In this document: in pieces, positions 36,414 through 45,302 of the stretch
How the letters are laid out: each line of letters opens with the position of its first letter
Numbering within the stretch: the stretch's first letter is position 1
NCBI GenBank assembly: GCA_965202985.1
Contig: CBDBCF010000001.1
Span: 2,336,001 to 2,400,000, forward strand
Length of the DNA stretch: 64,000 nt
Direction: 5' to 3'
From: Longimicrobiales bacterium
GTDB lineage: Bacteria; Gemmatimonadota; Gemmatimonadetes; Longimicrobiales; Gaopeijiaceae
Made by a program: the position numbers and the translations under genes
Notes under the pieces: generated by a model
The model's input: only the letters and a program-made list of their open reading frames with translations
Told to the model about the DNA's origin: nothing
Databases searched by the model: none

Positions 36414-38494
36414 TCGGAGGACCTTTCCCTGCTCCCACTCCAACGCCATCTCGTCTTCCGGGCGGGGCGCCGCGCCGACGAGGAACGGCGGGCCGGGGCG
36501 GAACGCCGATGAAGGAGGGCCGACCGGAGCGCCAGGAACACCGAGATCGGCGGTCCCGGCTCGTGTTCCATGAGGCGCCGGGCCAGGGAGGCGGCTCCAG
36601 GGCGGCCCGCCGCCGCCAAGGAGGCCAGGGCCGTCTTGCCCCAGATGCGCTGCTCGACCCACGCCAAGCGCTGGAGAACGCCGGCGTCCAAGGAGCGCGA
36701 CTGATCCGAGCCCAACGCCGCTTCGCCCGGAGCCGTGGTCGCTTCGCTTGCGCCGACCTCGGCCCGGCGCGCCGCCGCAAGCCCGAGCCAGACTCTTGCC
36801 AACAAGGTCTGCCAAGCCGGATGCGCCCTCCCGGGCCAAGCCAGGAAGACGCGAATCAGGTCCCGAGCCAAGCGGGAGCTCATCGGGTCCCGGAGGCCGG
36901 CGGCGTCCACCATCTTTGGCACGTCGGCGACCCGACCAAGCGGCTCGAGGAGCCCGACAACGATGCCGGCCAGCTTCGCGACCGTCTCGTCCCCGTCTTG
37001 CTCCCGCGTCCGCCCGACCGCGGCCCCCAGCTCCCCGGCGTCGACGCCCGCGTGGGCCAGCGCCCGGAGCCCCTCGACCAGGAGCACCAACCCCTCGGCC
37101 CGACGGCGCGTCCCCGTGCCCGCCAAGACGGCCAGCCGCGCCGCCCAGGAGCCGGGAACCTTGCCGCCGAACCCGCGAACCAGTCCGTCGAAGAAGCGCC
37201 GGTTGGTTGTCAGCAAGGGCTCGCGGAGAACGGCGTCGATCCACTCGGGCGGTCGGCCCGGAGGCCGCGCAGCCAAGTCGGCCGCGGCCAGCACGCCGAG
37301 CGCTCGCCACCGCTCCGCGCCCCGGGACTCGAGACGCGCGCGGTCCAGGAGGTCGACGGCCCCAAGCCGCGCCGGCGCCCAATGCACGACGTAGGGCTCG
37401 CTTGCCGCCCGAAAGAGAGAAAGGCCCCGCGCGTCGATCCGAGCGCTTGCCCTGCCGTACTCGGCCGAGTCGCCCAGGACCAGAGCGGCCCACGTCTCCA
37501 AGGGACCGCGTTTCGTGGACGCCGCTCCCGTTCCCCCAGTCCCCGTTCCCGTTCCCCGCCCCGGAACGGCGGCCCCGGGCACCAGGCACGGAGTCGGATG
37601 GCGTCCCCGCAGATCGAGCGTCGAGTAGAAGACGCGGACCCTGTCGACCAACGGCAGGGACAGCCACGCCAACCGCATTACGACGCAGGCCTCCCGGCGC
37701 GTCCCAACCACTTGGACGGCGCCGTCGCGGGAGACCTTCGCAGCCGGGGCGTCGGGAGTCGGGGCGCGGTCCGGAGCGCGGGCCGGGTCCGAGGTCGCGT
37801 CCACCTTCCGATACACGTCCACCAGCGCTTCGCGGACGGCCCGAACTCCACCAGCGGCGACGGCGGCTCGAGCCAGGCGGTCCACCTCGCGCAACCGGGC
37901 GCGCCTGATCCGGTCTCGATTCGGCCTGTACTCGGGCGTGGCCAACGGTTCCAGGCCCGCCGGCGCGGAGCGGCGAAGCTGCGCGAACCAAGCCGCCTCC
38001 GCGGGCGCTCCGGACGCCATCCCCGCCGCCGACAAGTCCAGGTGAAGCCCTTGGGGGAAACCGTCGATCTCGCGAAAGAGGGATTGGTCGAAGAGGAGCG
38101 TGTGGGTCGCGACGCGCGGACGGCGGGCGCGGGCTTCCTCGCGAGCGGGCCGAACGACGCCGGAGAGGCAGAAGCCAAGGCGACCGTCCAGCGGCAGGAA
38201 CGCCTCCGGCAGCCCCAGCGTTCCCATGGCGACAGCGTCCGTCTTCGGGTCGTCCGCCCTCGGGCCGCGGCCGCCCTCCCGAACAAGCACTGGCGGCTCG
38301 GCAGACTCCGCAAGCTCGGCGCCCCACGGCACCCGTTCTTCCAGCCTCCCCGCCCGAACCCGGTCCAGACCCCCGGTCCAGCCACAGGTCTCCCACGCCG
38401 GGTTGTAGGCGGAGGCGTTGGATGCGAACAGATGGCGATCCAGGCGGCGGTTGCGTCCCGCTGGATCGTGCTCGTCCGGTCCTGGCGCGGTCAC
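36410..38494 (-). CDS. Hypothetical protein with a possible GTPase-associated protein 1 (GAP1-N/uDENN-like) N-terminal domain and a helical C-terminus
   Basis: GTG 38494 overlaps the upstream stop. RHLFAS...WETCGWTGG and GFCLS...RRPRVATHTLLF resemble GAP1-N2-type strands. Immediately upstream of the GTPase. Confidence 0.55.
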   Translation of the reverse strand: MTAPGPDEHDPAGRNRRLDRHLFASNASAYNPAWETCGWTGGLDRVRAGRLEERVPWGAELAESAEPPVLVREGGRGPRADDPKTDAVAMGTLGLPEAFLPLDGRLGFCLSGVVRPAREEARARRPRVATHTLLFDQSLFREIDGFPQGLHLDLSAAGMASGAPAEAAWFAQLRRSAPAGLEPLATPEYRPNRDRIRRARLREVDRLARAAVAAGGVRAVREALVDVYRKVDATSDPARAPDRAPTPDAPAAKVSRDGAVQVVGTRREACVVMRLAWLSLPLVDRVRVFYSTLDLRGRHPTPCLVPGAAVPGRGTGTGTGGTGAASTKRGPLETWAALVLGDSAEYGRASARIDARGLSLFRAASEPYVVHWAPARLGAVDLLDRARLESRGAERWRALGVLAAADLAARPPGRPPEWIDAVLREPLLTTNRRFFDGLVRGFGGKVPGSWAARLAVLAGTGTRRRAEGLVLLVEGLRALAHAGVDAGELGAAVGRTREQDGDETVAKLAGIVVGLLEPLGRVADVPKMVDAAGLRDPMSSRLARDLIRVFLAWPGRAHPAWQTLLARVWLGLAAARRAEVGASEATTAPGEAALGSDQSRSLDAGVLQRLAWVEQRIWGKTALASLAAAGRPGAASLARRLMEHEPGPPISVFLALRSALLHRRSAPARRSSSARRPARKTRWRWSGSRERSSE

Positions 38495-39123
38495 GGGACA
38501 TACTCCGGGGGGATTTCGACGCCTGAACTGTCCGGCCCGGTGTCCAAGGCGCTGTCCGTTTCGAGGGCTTGCGAACTGTCGGCGGCGAGGCCCGGAGAGT
38601 CGGGCAGGCCCAGCGAATCGGGCAGGCTCAGCGAGTCGGGCAGGACGGCCCGCACGGTGTCCACGAGCGGCGCGACGGAGTCTCCGAAGACGCTTGGAGC
38701 GCCGGCCCCGCCGCCGGCCGCCCCGGCGGGCCACGGTCCCCACTGTCTTCCCGCCCACCACCCGGCGCCCACGAGCGCGACGGCGGTCAGGGCACCCACG
38801 ACGGCGGCAGCCCATGTCGGCCACGGCCTTGACCCGGCCTTGCCTCGGGTAGCGGCGTCGCCCTTGGCGCCGGCGTTGCCCTTGGCGCCCGCGTCGCCTT
38901 TGGATGCCGAAACCGGACCGTCGATTCCGAGGGGGGCCGCGCTCGCCATCTCCTCCCGCACCACCCGCCGCACGATCTCCTCCCAGTCGGCGGGCGCGGG
39001 CGCCGCGCTTCGAACCGCTTCCGCGACGGCCTCTCCGGCGTCTTCGCGGATCGCCTTCAGAGTCTGGCGGTAGAGCGCCGTCATCTCCTGTTCGCGCTCG
39101 TAGGTCTCCTGTTCGCGCTTCAT
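38491..39123 (-). CDS. Single-pass membrane hypothetical protein
   Basis: ATGA-coupled. Charged helical N-terminus, TM WAAAVVGALTAVALVGAGWW, and short KGDAGA and LPDSLx repeats. Confidence 0.7.
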   Translation of the reverse strand: MKREQETYEREQEMTALYRQTLKAIREDAGEAVAEAVRSAAPAPADWEEIVRRVVREEMASAAPLGIDGPVSASKGDAGAKGNAGAKGDAATRGKAGSRPWPTWAAAVVGALTAVALVGAGWWAGRQWGPWPAGAAGGGAGAPSVFGDSVAPLVDTVRAVLPDSLSLPDSLGLPDSPGLAADSSQALETDSALDTGPDSSGVEIPPEYVP

Positions 39124-39548
39124 GGTTCCAGTCGCTCCGGCGAGAGGACGAAGGAGAACGACGATCCGCGGGGCAGGACGGCATCCAAGTCCGCAACCCC
39201 GAGCTGTTCCAGAAGCGCGGCCCGAGCGGACTGGTTGTTCTCCAGGTGATAAAGGCGCAGCACGTCGCGGGCGGTCATGTCCCAGGGCGCCGCCACGGTG
39301 GCCGTGTCCCGGCCCGCCATGAACGTCGCGGCCAACTCGGAGGCGTCGTTGAACGAGACGACCGAGGCCAAGGGGCTTGTCTCCGTGCTCACCATCGCCG
39401 CTTCCCGCAGCGCCGGTCCGAACGCCCGCCCAAGCAGATAGGCGACGCCGCACGCCGCAACCGCCGCCGCGCACCGGCCCGCCCGTACGAGCCGGGTCTT
39501 CAACGAGGGCCAAGCGTCAGTGCGCCGGGCGTCCTTCGTTTCCCTCAT
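39120..39548 (-). CDS. Small membrane-anchored protein with a possible degenerate LysM-like domain
   Basis: GGGGAGG RBS, TM CAAAVAACGVAYLLG and a C-terminal beta-alpha-alpha-beta pattern ATVAAPWDMTARDVLRLY...DAVLPRGSSFSF. Confidence 0.6.
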   Translation of the reverse strand: MRETKDARRTDAWPSLKTRLVRAGRCAAAVAACGVAYLLGRAFGPALREAAMVSTETSPLASVVSFNDASELAATFMAGRDTATVAAPWDMTARDVLRLYHLENNQSARAALLEQLGVADLDAVLPRGSSFSFVLSPERLEP

Positions 39549-39642
39549 CGGCCATTCCTCCCCACCTTGCACAATCGCTACCGTTGGCCTGTCTTCCTAC
39601 GAAGCCGGCCCGGCGCTCGTTTCCCGCGTCCCGCAAAGAGCC

Positions 39643-42291
39643 ATGGCAACTCCCGCTCGCCGCCTTTCGCTTTCCTTCGGCCCGGCCCTGTGCGTCGCCC
39701 TGGCTCTGGCGTCCGCCTTGGCGCCGGTCCTGGCCTTCGCCGCCGTTGCCGCTCAGCAGCGTCGCGCCTACCCCGCCGCCGCTCACGGGGGGAACTACAT
39801 GCACAACTTCTACCTGCCGCCGGCCGCCGCCTCCACGCCCTGGTACCCGACGTGGCACCCGAGCGGCGAAACCCTGGCCGTGGCGATGAGCGGCTCGATC
39901 TGGGAGGTGGACCCTGCGACCGGAACGGCCACGGAGATCGTGCACGGCCCCAAGTACTACTCGTCGCCGACCTTTTCCCCCGACGGCGTTTGGCTGGCCT
40001 ACACCGCCGACGACAACGGACGCGCCATCGGGCTGGAGGTGCTGAACACTGCCACCGGCGAACGCCGTGTCCTGATCGACGACGAACACGTTTACGCGGA
40101 CCCCCGCTTCTCGCCGGACGGCGGACGGATCGCCTATGTGTCCACGGCCCCCAGCGGCTACTTCAACGTGTACGTCCGGCCCTTCGCGGACGGTCGCTGG
40201 ACAGGTTCCGCCGAAGCCGTGACCAGCGACAACTCGTTCGGTCGCGATCGCTTGTACTTCGGGTCGTGGGACATGCACATCTCGCCCGCATGGCTTCCGA
40301 ACGGGAGCGAACTGCTGCTGGTGTCCAACCGGGACGTGGCCCTGGGCAGCGGCAACGTCTACCGCGTGCCCGCGCGGGCCGGGGGCATCGACGAGCGACA
40401 GGAAGTCCTGGACGAACAGACCCTCTACCGCACGCAACCCGACGTGGCCTACGACGGCAAGCGCTTCGTGTATTCGTCCACTTCCGGGGCCGCCGACCAG
40501 TTCCAGAACTTGTACGTCCAGCCCACCGTCGGGGGCGAGCCGTACAAGCTGACGTTCTTCCAGCACGACGCCTTTCATCCGCGCTGGTCGCCGGACGCGG
40601 AATGGATCGCGTTCGTGGCCAACGAGGGCGGATTACCCCAGTTGCACCTGCTCGAGACCAACGGCGGCGCCTTGCGCAAGATCGAGATGCGGGAACGACG
40701 CTGGGCCAGGCCCACGGGAGTCCTGTCGGTGACAACCACGCTGGCGACCGGCGGCCCTTCGGCGGAAGCCGTGGCCAGCCGCGTGCACTTGACGGCGTCC
40801 GACGGCAAGTTCTACGCCCCGGTGGACGCATATGCCCGAGTCAGCCGCGCCGGCGACCGGATCTTTCACCACCCGGGCAGCTTCACGGTGGAGCTGCCCG
40901 TAGGCTTGGCCGAGCTGACGATCGTCCGCGGGTTCGAGACCGTGCCGGCTACGTTCGAGGCCGAGATCGAGGCGGGCGACACGACCACGGTGGAAGTCGC
41001 GCTGGAAGAACTGTCGGACGTGTCGGACGAAGGCTGGTTCTCCGGCTCCACGCATGTGCACATGAACTACGCCGGCAACTTGCGCAACACGCTGTCCAAC
41101 CTGATGGCGATGTCGGCGGCCGAGGACCAGGACGTCGTGAACGAGCAGGTCGCCAACAAGGACAACCGCGTGCTGGACCACCAGTACTGGCTGCCCGGCG
41201 GCGGCCCGCATCCGCTGTCCGAGCCCGATCGCGTGCTCGTCGTGGGACAGGAGTATCGTCCGCCGTTCTACGGCCACGTCTTCATGTTCGGACACCGGGA
41301 CCACCTGATTTCGCCCTACGCCACCGGCTACGAAGGCACGGCGATCGAAAGCCTGTACCCGAGCAACACCGACATGCTGCGCAAGGCCAAGGCCCAAGGC
41401 GCCACGACCGGATACGTGCACTCTTTCTACAACGGCGATCCGCTGGACGGGAACCTGGGCGGCGCCAAGGGGTTCGTCGTGGACGCTGCGCTGGCGGCCG
41501 CGGACGCGGTGGAATGGTCCACGCCCCAGGACGGTTGGCCGCCCTTGTACGCAGTGTGGAGCAACGGCATCCGCACCGCGGTCGTGGGCGGCGAGGACTC
41601 GATATCCAGCCTGCACGCCACGCCGCTCGTGGGCTCGATGCGGACGTACGTGCGGACGCCCGACGGCTCGCTGTCGATGGAAGGGTGGTTCCGGGGGCTG
41701 CGCGAGGGCCGAGCCTACGTGAGTTCGGGGCCGCTGCTGGAGTTCGCGGTGGCCGGCCAGGGGCCCGGAGGCCAGGTGGAGCTGGACGCGCCGGGGCAGG
41801 TTGCGGTGCGGGCGCGCGTGTGGAGCATCGTGCCGCTGGCGCGCGCCGAGCTGGTGTGGAACGGCGAAGTGGTGCAAAGCTGGGAGTTCGCCGGCGACCG
41901 GAAGACGCTGACCGTGGACGAGCGGCTGGACGTGCCCGGCAGCGGCTGGGCGCACCTTCGGGTCGAGGGTTATCCCGAGGAGCGCTGGCCTCTGGACACC
42001 ACGTATCCCCAAGCGTTCACGAACCCTGTGTGGATGCAGGTGGCGGGCCGGCCCGTGCGGAGCGCCGAAGCCGCCAGCTACGCGATTCGCTGGATCGACA
42101 AGCTGGAGGCGATGGCCCGCGAGTGGCCCGGCTGGCGGTCGGAACGCGAGAAGGCGCACGTGTTCGGGCAGTTCGAGGAGGCGCGGGAGGTGTATCGGCG
42201 GCGTGGGGCGGAAGCGACGGGGCCGGGCGGGGGGCGCGACCCGGGCGGGGGCAGGTCGCGCGAACGGCGAAGTGGCGACGGGAGCGGCTAG
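39643..42291 (+). CDS. Secreted PD40/TolB beta-propeller plus CehA/McbA-family (PHP-like) metallohydrolase
   Basis: Signal peptide, repeated P.(F/W)SPDG motifs, GWFSGSTHVHMNY, GQEYR...GH, GYVH, GGEDS, RTYV and LREGRAYVSSGP. Confidence 0.85.
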   Translation: MATPARRLSLSFGPALCVALALASALAPVLAFAAVAAQQRRAYPAAAHGGNYMHNFYLPPAAASTPWYPTWHPSGETLAVAMSGSIWEVDPATGTATEIVHGPKYYSSPTFSPDGVWLAYTADDNGRAIGLEVLNTATGERRVLIDDEHVYADPRFSPDGGRIAYVSTAPSGYFNVYVRPFADGRWTGSAEAVTSDNSFGRDRLYFGSWDMHISPAWLPNGSELLLVSNRDVALGSGNVYRVPARAGGIDERQEVLDEQTLYRTQPDVAYDGKRFVYSSTSGAADQFQNLYVQPTVGGEPYKLTFFQHDAFHPRWSPDAEWIAFVANEGGLPQLHLLETNGGALRKIEMRERRWARPTGVLSVTTTLATGGPSAEAVASRVHLTASDGKFYAPVDAYARVSRAGDRIFHHPGSFTVELPVGLAELTIVRGFETVPATFEAEIEAGDTTTVEVALEELSDVSDEGWFSGSTHVHMNYAGNLRNTLSNLMAMSAAEDQDVVNEQVANKDNRVLDHQYWLPGGGPHPLSEPDRVLVVGQEYRPPFYGHVFMFGHRDHLISPYATGYEGTAIESLYPSNTDMLRKAKAQGATTGYVHSFYNGDPLDGNLGGAKGFVVDAALAAADAVEWSTPQDGWPPLYAVWSNGIRTAVVGGEDSISSLHATPLVGSMRTYVRTPDGSLSMEGWFRGLREGRAYVSSGPLLEFAVAGQGPGGQVELDAPGQVAVRARVWSIVPLARAELVWNGEVVQSWEFAGDRKTLTVDERLDVPGSGWAHLRVEGYPEERWPLDTTYPQAFTNPVWMQVAGRPVRSAEAASYAIRWIDKLEAMAREWPGWRSEREKAHVFGQFEEAREVYRRRGAEATGPGGGRDPGGGRSRERRSGDGSG

Positions 42292-42364
42292 TGTTCGACG
42301 CGAAGCGCGGGGCTTGGCTGGGGGCGTCGGTCCTTCGGTCACGCGTTTCGTCGGATGATGCACT

Positions 42365-42394
42365 TTGACTGCAAACATACTCATGTCATACTCA
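42365..42394 (+). promoter_or_regulatory. Putative sigma70 promoter overlapping a CATACTCA direct repeat
   Basis: TTGACT-N16-CATACT with a TG extension. CATACTCA occurs at 42376 and 42387 (11-bp period), just upstream of ATG 42404. Confidence 0.35.
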
Positions 42395-42403
42395 GTCCAC
42401 GAA

Positions 42404-43792
42404 ATGCGAGTGCATTCGGTTGGGCGATGCCCCGGGCGACAAAGCCGGTGCCCCGCGCGACGGTGCCGGTGCCCCGGGCGACGGTGCCGGCGAATCGCGC
42501 ACTTCGCATCAGCGGTTCGGCTCGGGATCGTGGCCTCGTCTGCGGTCGCCGCCTCGCCGGCGCTTTCGGCGTTGGAGCCGGCTTTCTCGGCGCTGGAAGC
42601 AGCGGCGGCTCAGGCTCGCCAGTCGCCGGCGATCTCGGGGCGGGTGGTGGACCTGGCCACGGGAGACGGCGTGGAGGGCGCCGTCGTTTCGCTTGTGCGC
42701 TTGGCGGGAGTTCGGCGGGCTGCGAGCGAAACCGTCTCCGGCCCCGCAGGGCAGTTTCGGTTCGCCGAGGCGCGGGTGGGCGAGTACGAAGTGGAGGTCG
42801 AGCACGTCGCCTACGGTGCGTTCGTGGACACGCTGGTGCTTGCGGAGGGCGAACGGATCGCGTTGCGGGTCGTGCTGTCCCAGACGGCCATTGCCTTGGA
42901 GCCCCTGGTGGTGGAAGCGGTCGGCGCCGAGACCAGACGGACGCGCGCACAGGGGACCGCGCCTCGCCGGCTGACGGCGGAGCAGCTGGCCCCGGTGGCC
43001 AGAACCGGCGTCCACTTGGTGGATGCGCTGGCTCGCCTGATGCCGGGGATGCGCGCCCGGAGCGGACGAAGCCAGCCGGGGGAGCTCGTGTGCTTGGAGT
43101 TCCGCAGCCCCGCTAGTCTGTCCGACTTCGGTTGCCTTGCGCCCGTGGTTGTGGTCGACAACGTGCGGCAAGCCAACGGCCTGATCACGCTGAACACCTT
43201 GCCGATCGACAACGTGCGCAGCGTGGAGGCCGTCCCCCCGGGAGAGGCCGGGGTCCGCTACGGCGCCGACTCGCGCTACGGCGTCGTCGTGATCGAGACG
43301 TGGTCGAGAGCGCCAACGGCCGAAGAGCCCGGGCGGCTTCCGGGCGCGCTGTACGACTGGTCCCTGGAGTCGGAGCCGTATCCGTGGACGCGGGTTCTGG
43401 GCGTGGCGGCGGCAAGCAATGCGGCGGGTCTCCTGGTCGGGTACGCAGCCTCCAAGTCCTGCTTGGACTTCGACGACCTGACCCGCCACTTCTCCGGGGC
43501 GCGGTGCGGCTTCTGGGGCAACTCGGGTGCCCGGCTGATGCTGTACGTGGTCCCGCAGGCCGGCGTGGGCTGGGCCGCGAGCCGGGCGGGCGCGACCGAC
43601 CTGTCCAGGGGCAGCCCGTGGAAGAACGCCGTTGCCGCCGCCGTCATGGCGTTGCCCGGGATGGTGCTTGCCCTGACCAACGACGAGGACGGATTCGCGG
43701 GATCGAAGGCGCTGGGGCTGACGATGGCCACCGTGGGAGCGCCCGCGGCCGCCGCCCTCGCGGACCGGCTGTTTCGTCGCACCGTTCGCTAG
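42404..43792 (+). CDS. Carboxypeptidase-regulatory-like domain + TonB plug-like domain + C-terminal hydrophobic helices
   Basis: ISGRVVDLATGDGVEGAVV...GQFRF...GEYEVEVEHVAY, then PVVVVDNV...NVRSVEAV...AGVRYG...GVVVIET. No beta-barrel. Start uncertain. Confidence 0.75.
   Translation: MRVHSVGRCPGRQSRCPARRCRCPGRRCRRIAHFASAVRLGIVASSAVAASPALSALEPAFSALEAAAAQARQSPAISGRVVDLATGDGVEGAVVSLVRLAGVRRAASETVSGPAGQFRFAEARVGEYEVEVEHVAYGAFVDTLVLAEGERIALRVVLSQTAIALEPLVVEAVGAETRRTRAQGTAPRRLTAEQLAPVARTGVHLVDALARLMPGMRARSGRSQPGELVCLEFRSPASLSDFGCLAPVVVVDNVRQANGLITLNTLPIDNVRSVEAVPPGEAGVRYGADSRYGVVVIETWSRAPTAEEPGRLPGALYDWSLESEPYPWTRVLGVAAASNAAGLLVGYAASKSCLDFDDLTRHFSGARCGFWGNSGARLMLYVVPQAGVGWAASRAGATDLSRGSPWKNAVAAAVMALPGMVLALTNDEDGFAGSKALGLTMATVGAPAAAALADRLFRRTVR
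42426..42491 (+). repeat. 21-bp tandem repeat (about 3 copies)
   Basis: TGCCCCG(G/C)GCGAC(AAA/GGT)GCCGG repeated three times in the 5' part of the ORF. Confidence 0.7.
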
Positions 43793-43857
43793 CCTTACTT
43801 TGCGGCGCGTGCGGCCCACCGGTCGCCTGGTCGTAACCCCACACAAAAGGAGGACTC

Positions 43858-44364
43858 GTGTCGGCCAAGAGCTACGTAGCGGCGCTGGACCACGTCGTCG
43901 CCGGATCGAAGGCGCTTCTGGAAGCGGTTCCCGACGACCGGATGGACTGGCAGCCGCACGAACGATCCTGGACGCTGGGCAAGCTGGCCAGCCACGTGGC
44001 CAACATCCCCAGCTGGACCCAGGCCACGATGGCGATGTCCCGGTTCGACATCGCCGGCGACGGCAGCGACGCCCCCGCCCAGCCCGAGTACCGTTCCAGC
44101 GCCGAGCTGGTGGCCGCCCTGGAGAAGAACGCCGCCGTGGCGCGCGGCCTGATCGAGAACGCCTCGGACGAAGAGTTCGCCGCGCCGTGGACGATGCTCG
44201 TGGGCGGAGAGGAGCGCTTCACGATGCCCAAGGGCGCCGTCCTGCGCGGCTTCATCCTGGACCACCTGATCCACCACCGCGCCCAGCTCGGCGTCTACCT
44301 GCGCCTCCTGGACGTGCCCGTTCCCCAGACCCTGGGACCGACCGCCGACTTCCCGGAGATGTAG
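43858..44364 (+). CDS. DinB/YfiT family protein
   Basis: AGGAGG RBS. WQPHERSWTLGKLASHVA and LDHLIHHRAQLGVYLRLL. Confidence 0.9.
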   Translation: MSAKSYVAALDHVVAGSKALLEAVPDDRMDWQPHERSWTLGKLASHVANIPSWTQATMAMSRFDIAGDGSDAPAQPEYRSSAELVAALEKNAAVARGLIENASDEEFAAPWTMLVGGEERFTMPKGAVLRGFILDHLIHHRAQLGVYLRLLDVPVPQTLGPTADFPEM

Positions 44365-44372
44365 GCCGCCCC

Positions 44373-45068
44373 GTGGACCCGGACCGCTTTTCGCTCCTGA
44401 CCTTCGACTGCTACGGCACGCTGGTCGACTGGGAGACGGGAATCCTGGACGCCGCGCGCCCCGTCTGTCGGGCTCACGGCGCGGACCCCTCCGACGCCCA
44501 GGTGCTGTCGGCGTTCGCCGCGGCCGAACACGTCGCGCAAGGCGGCCCCTACCGCTCCTACCGCGACGTGCTGGCGGACACCTTCCGTCGCATGGGCGGC
44601 GCGCTGGGGTTCCGCCCGAGCCGCCGAGAACAAGAGGCGTTCGCGGGTTCGCCCGGTCGCTGGCCCGTCTTCCCCGACACCGTCGAGGCCCTGGACCAGC
44701 TGGCCCGCCGCTACCACCTGGGGATCGTGTCGAACGTGGACGACGACCTCTTCGCGGAGACGCAGCTTCGGCTCGGGATCGAGTTCGACTGGGTGGTGAC
44801 CGCCCAGCAGGTGCGAAGCTACAAGCCGGCCCCCCAGCACTTTGACGAGATGGCGGCTCGGTCGAAGGTCCCCCGCGAGCGGACCCTGCACGTGGCGCAG
44901 AGCCTGTTCCACGACATCGCGCCCGCATCCGAGCTGGGCTACGCCACCTTGTGGGTGAACCGTGCGAGCCGGGTGCCGGGGGGCGGGGCGACTCCGCCGG
45001 CGGATGCGCGGCCGGATGGCGAGGTGGGGGACATGGCGGGGGTGGCGGGGTTGTTGGGGGTGGGCTGA
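44373..45068 (+). CDS. HAD-family hydrolase (haloacid dehalogenase type II-like)
   Basis: LTFDCYGTLVDW, VSNVD, SYKP and HVAQSLFHDI. Confidence 0.9.
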   Translation: MDPDRFSLLTFDCYGTLVDWETGILDAARPVCRAHGADPSDAQVLSAFAAAEHVAQGGPYRSYRDVLADTFRRMGGALGFRPSRREQEAFAGSPGRWPVFPDTVEALDQLARRYHLGIVSNVDDDLFAETQLRLGIEFDWVVTAQQVRSYKPAPQHFDEMAARSKVPRERTLHVAQSLFHDIAPASELGYATLWVNRASRVPGGGATPPADARPDGEVGDMAGVAGLLGVG

Positions 45069-45071
45069 GGG

Positions 45072-45302
45072 GTGGAGCAGCGAGCAAACTCCCCGGATCT
45101 TCCCATCGGCACCCGTGTCGTCTACCGGGACGACCCCGGGATGCTTGGCCAAGTTATTGGTGGTCCTCGCATCCGAAACAATCGAAAAAAGTACCGCGTT
45201 CGTTGGGATCGCGGCACGGAGGGTTGGTACCCGGCCCGTGACCGTCAAGTCCACGCGGGCGCTTGGGATCGGGAGGTAGCACATGCAGACTACGAGCTAT
45301 AG
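45072..45302 (+). CDS. Small hypothetical protein with an SH3/Tudor-like beta pattern (possibly a gene remnant)
   Basis: LPIGTRVVY...PGMLGQVI...YRVRWDRG. Overlaps the DUF262 gene start. Confidence 0.35.
   Translation: MEQRANSPDLPIGTRVVYRDDPGMLGQVIGGPRIRNNRKKYRVRWDRGTEGWYPARDRQVHAGAWDREVAHADYEL

Noticed and set aside
36410..36520. Possible frameshift joining the GAP1-like gene and the GTPase
   Set aside because: The ATGA overlap and purine-rich RBS at 36413 explain the junction without a frameshift.
29837..39196. Long N-terminal extensions given in the ORF track for the operon genes (1692, 1268, 1167 and 928 aa)
   Set aside because: The extensions are off-frame read-through of upstream genes. 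Starts were reassigned to the overlap-coupled codons.
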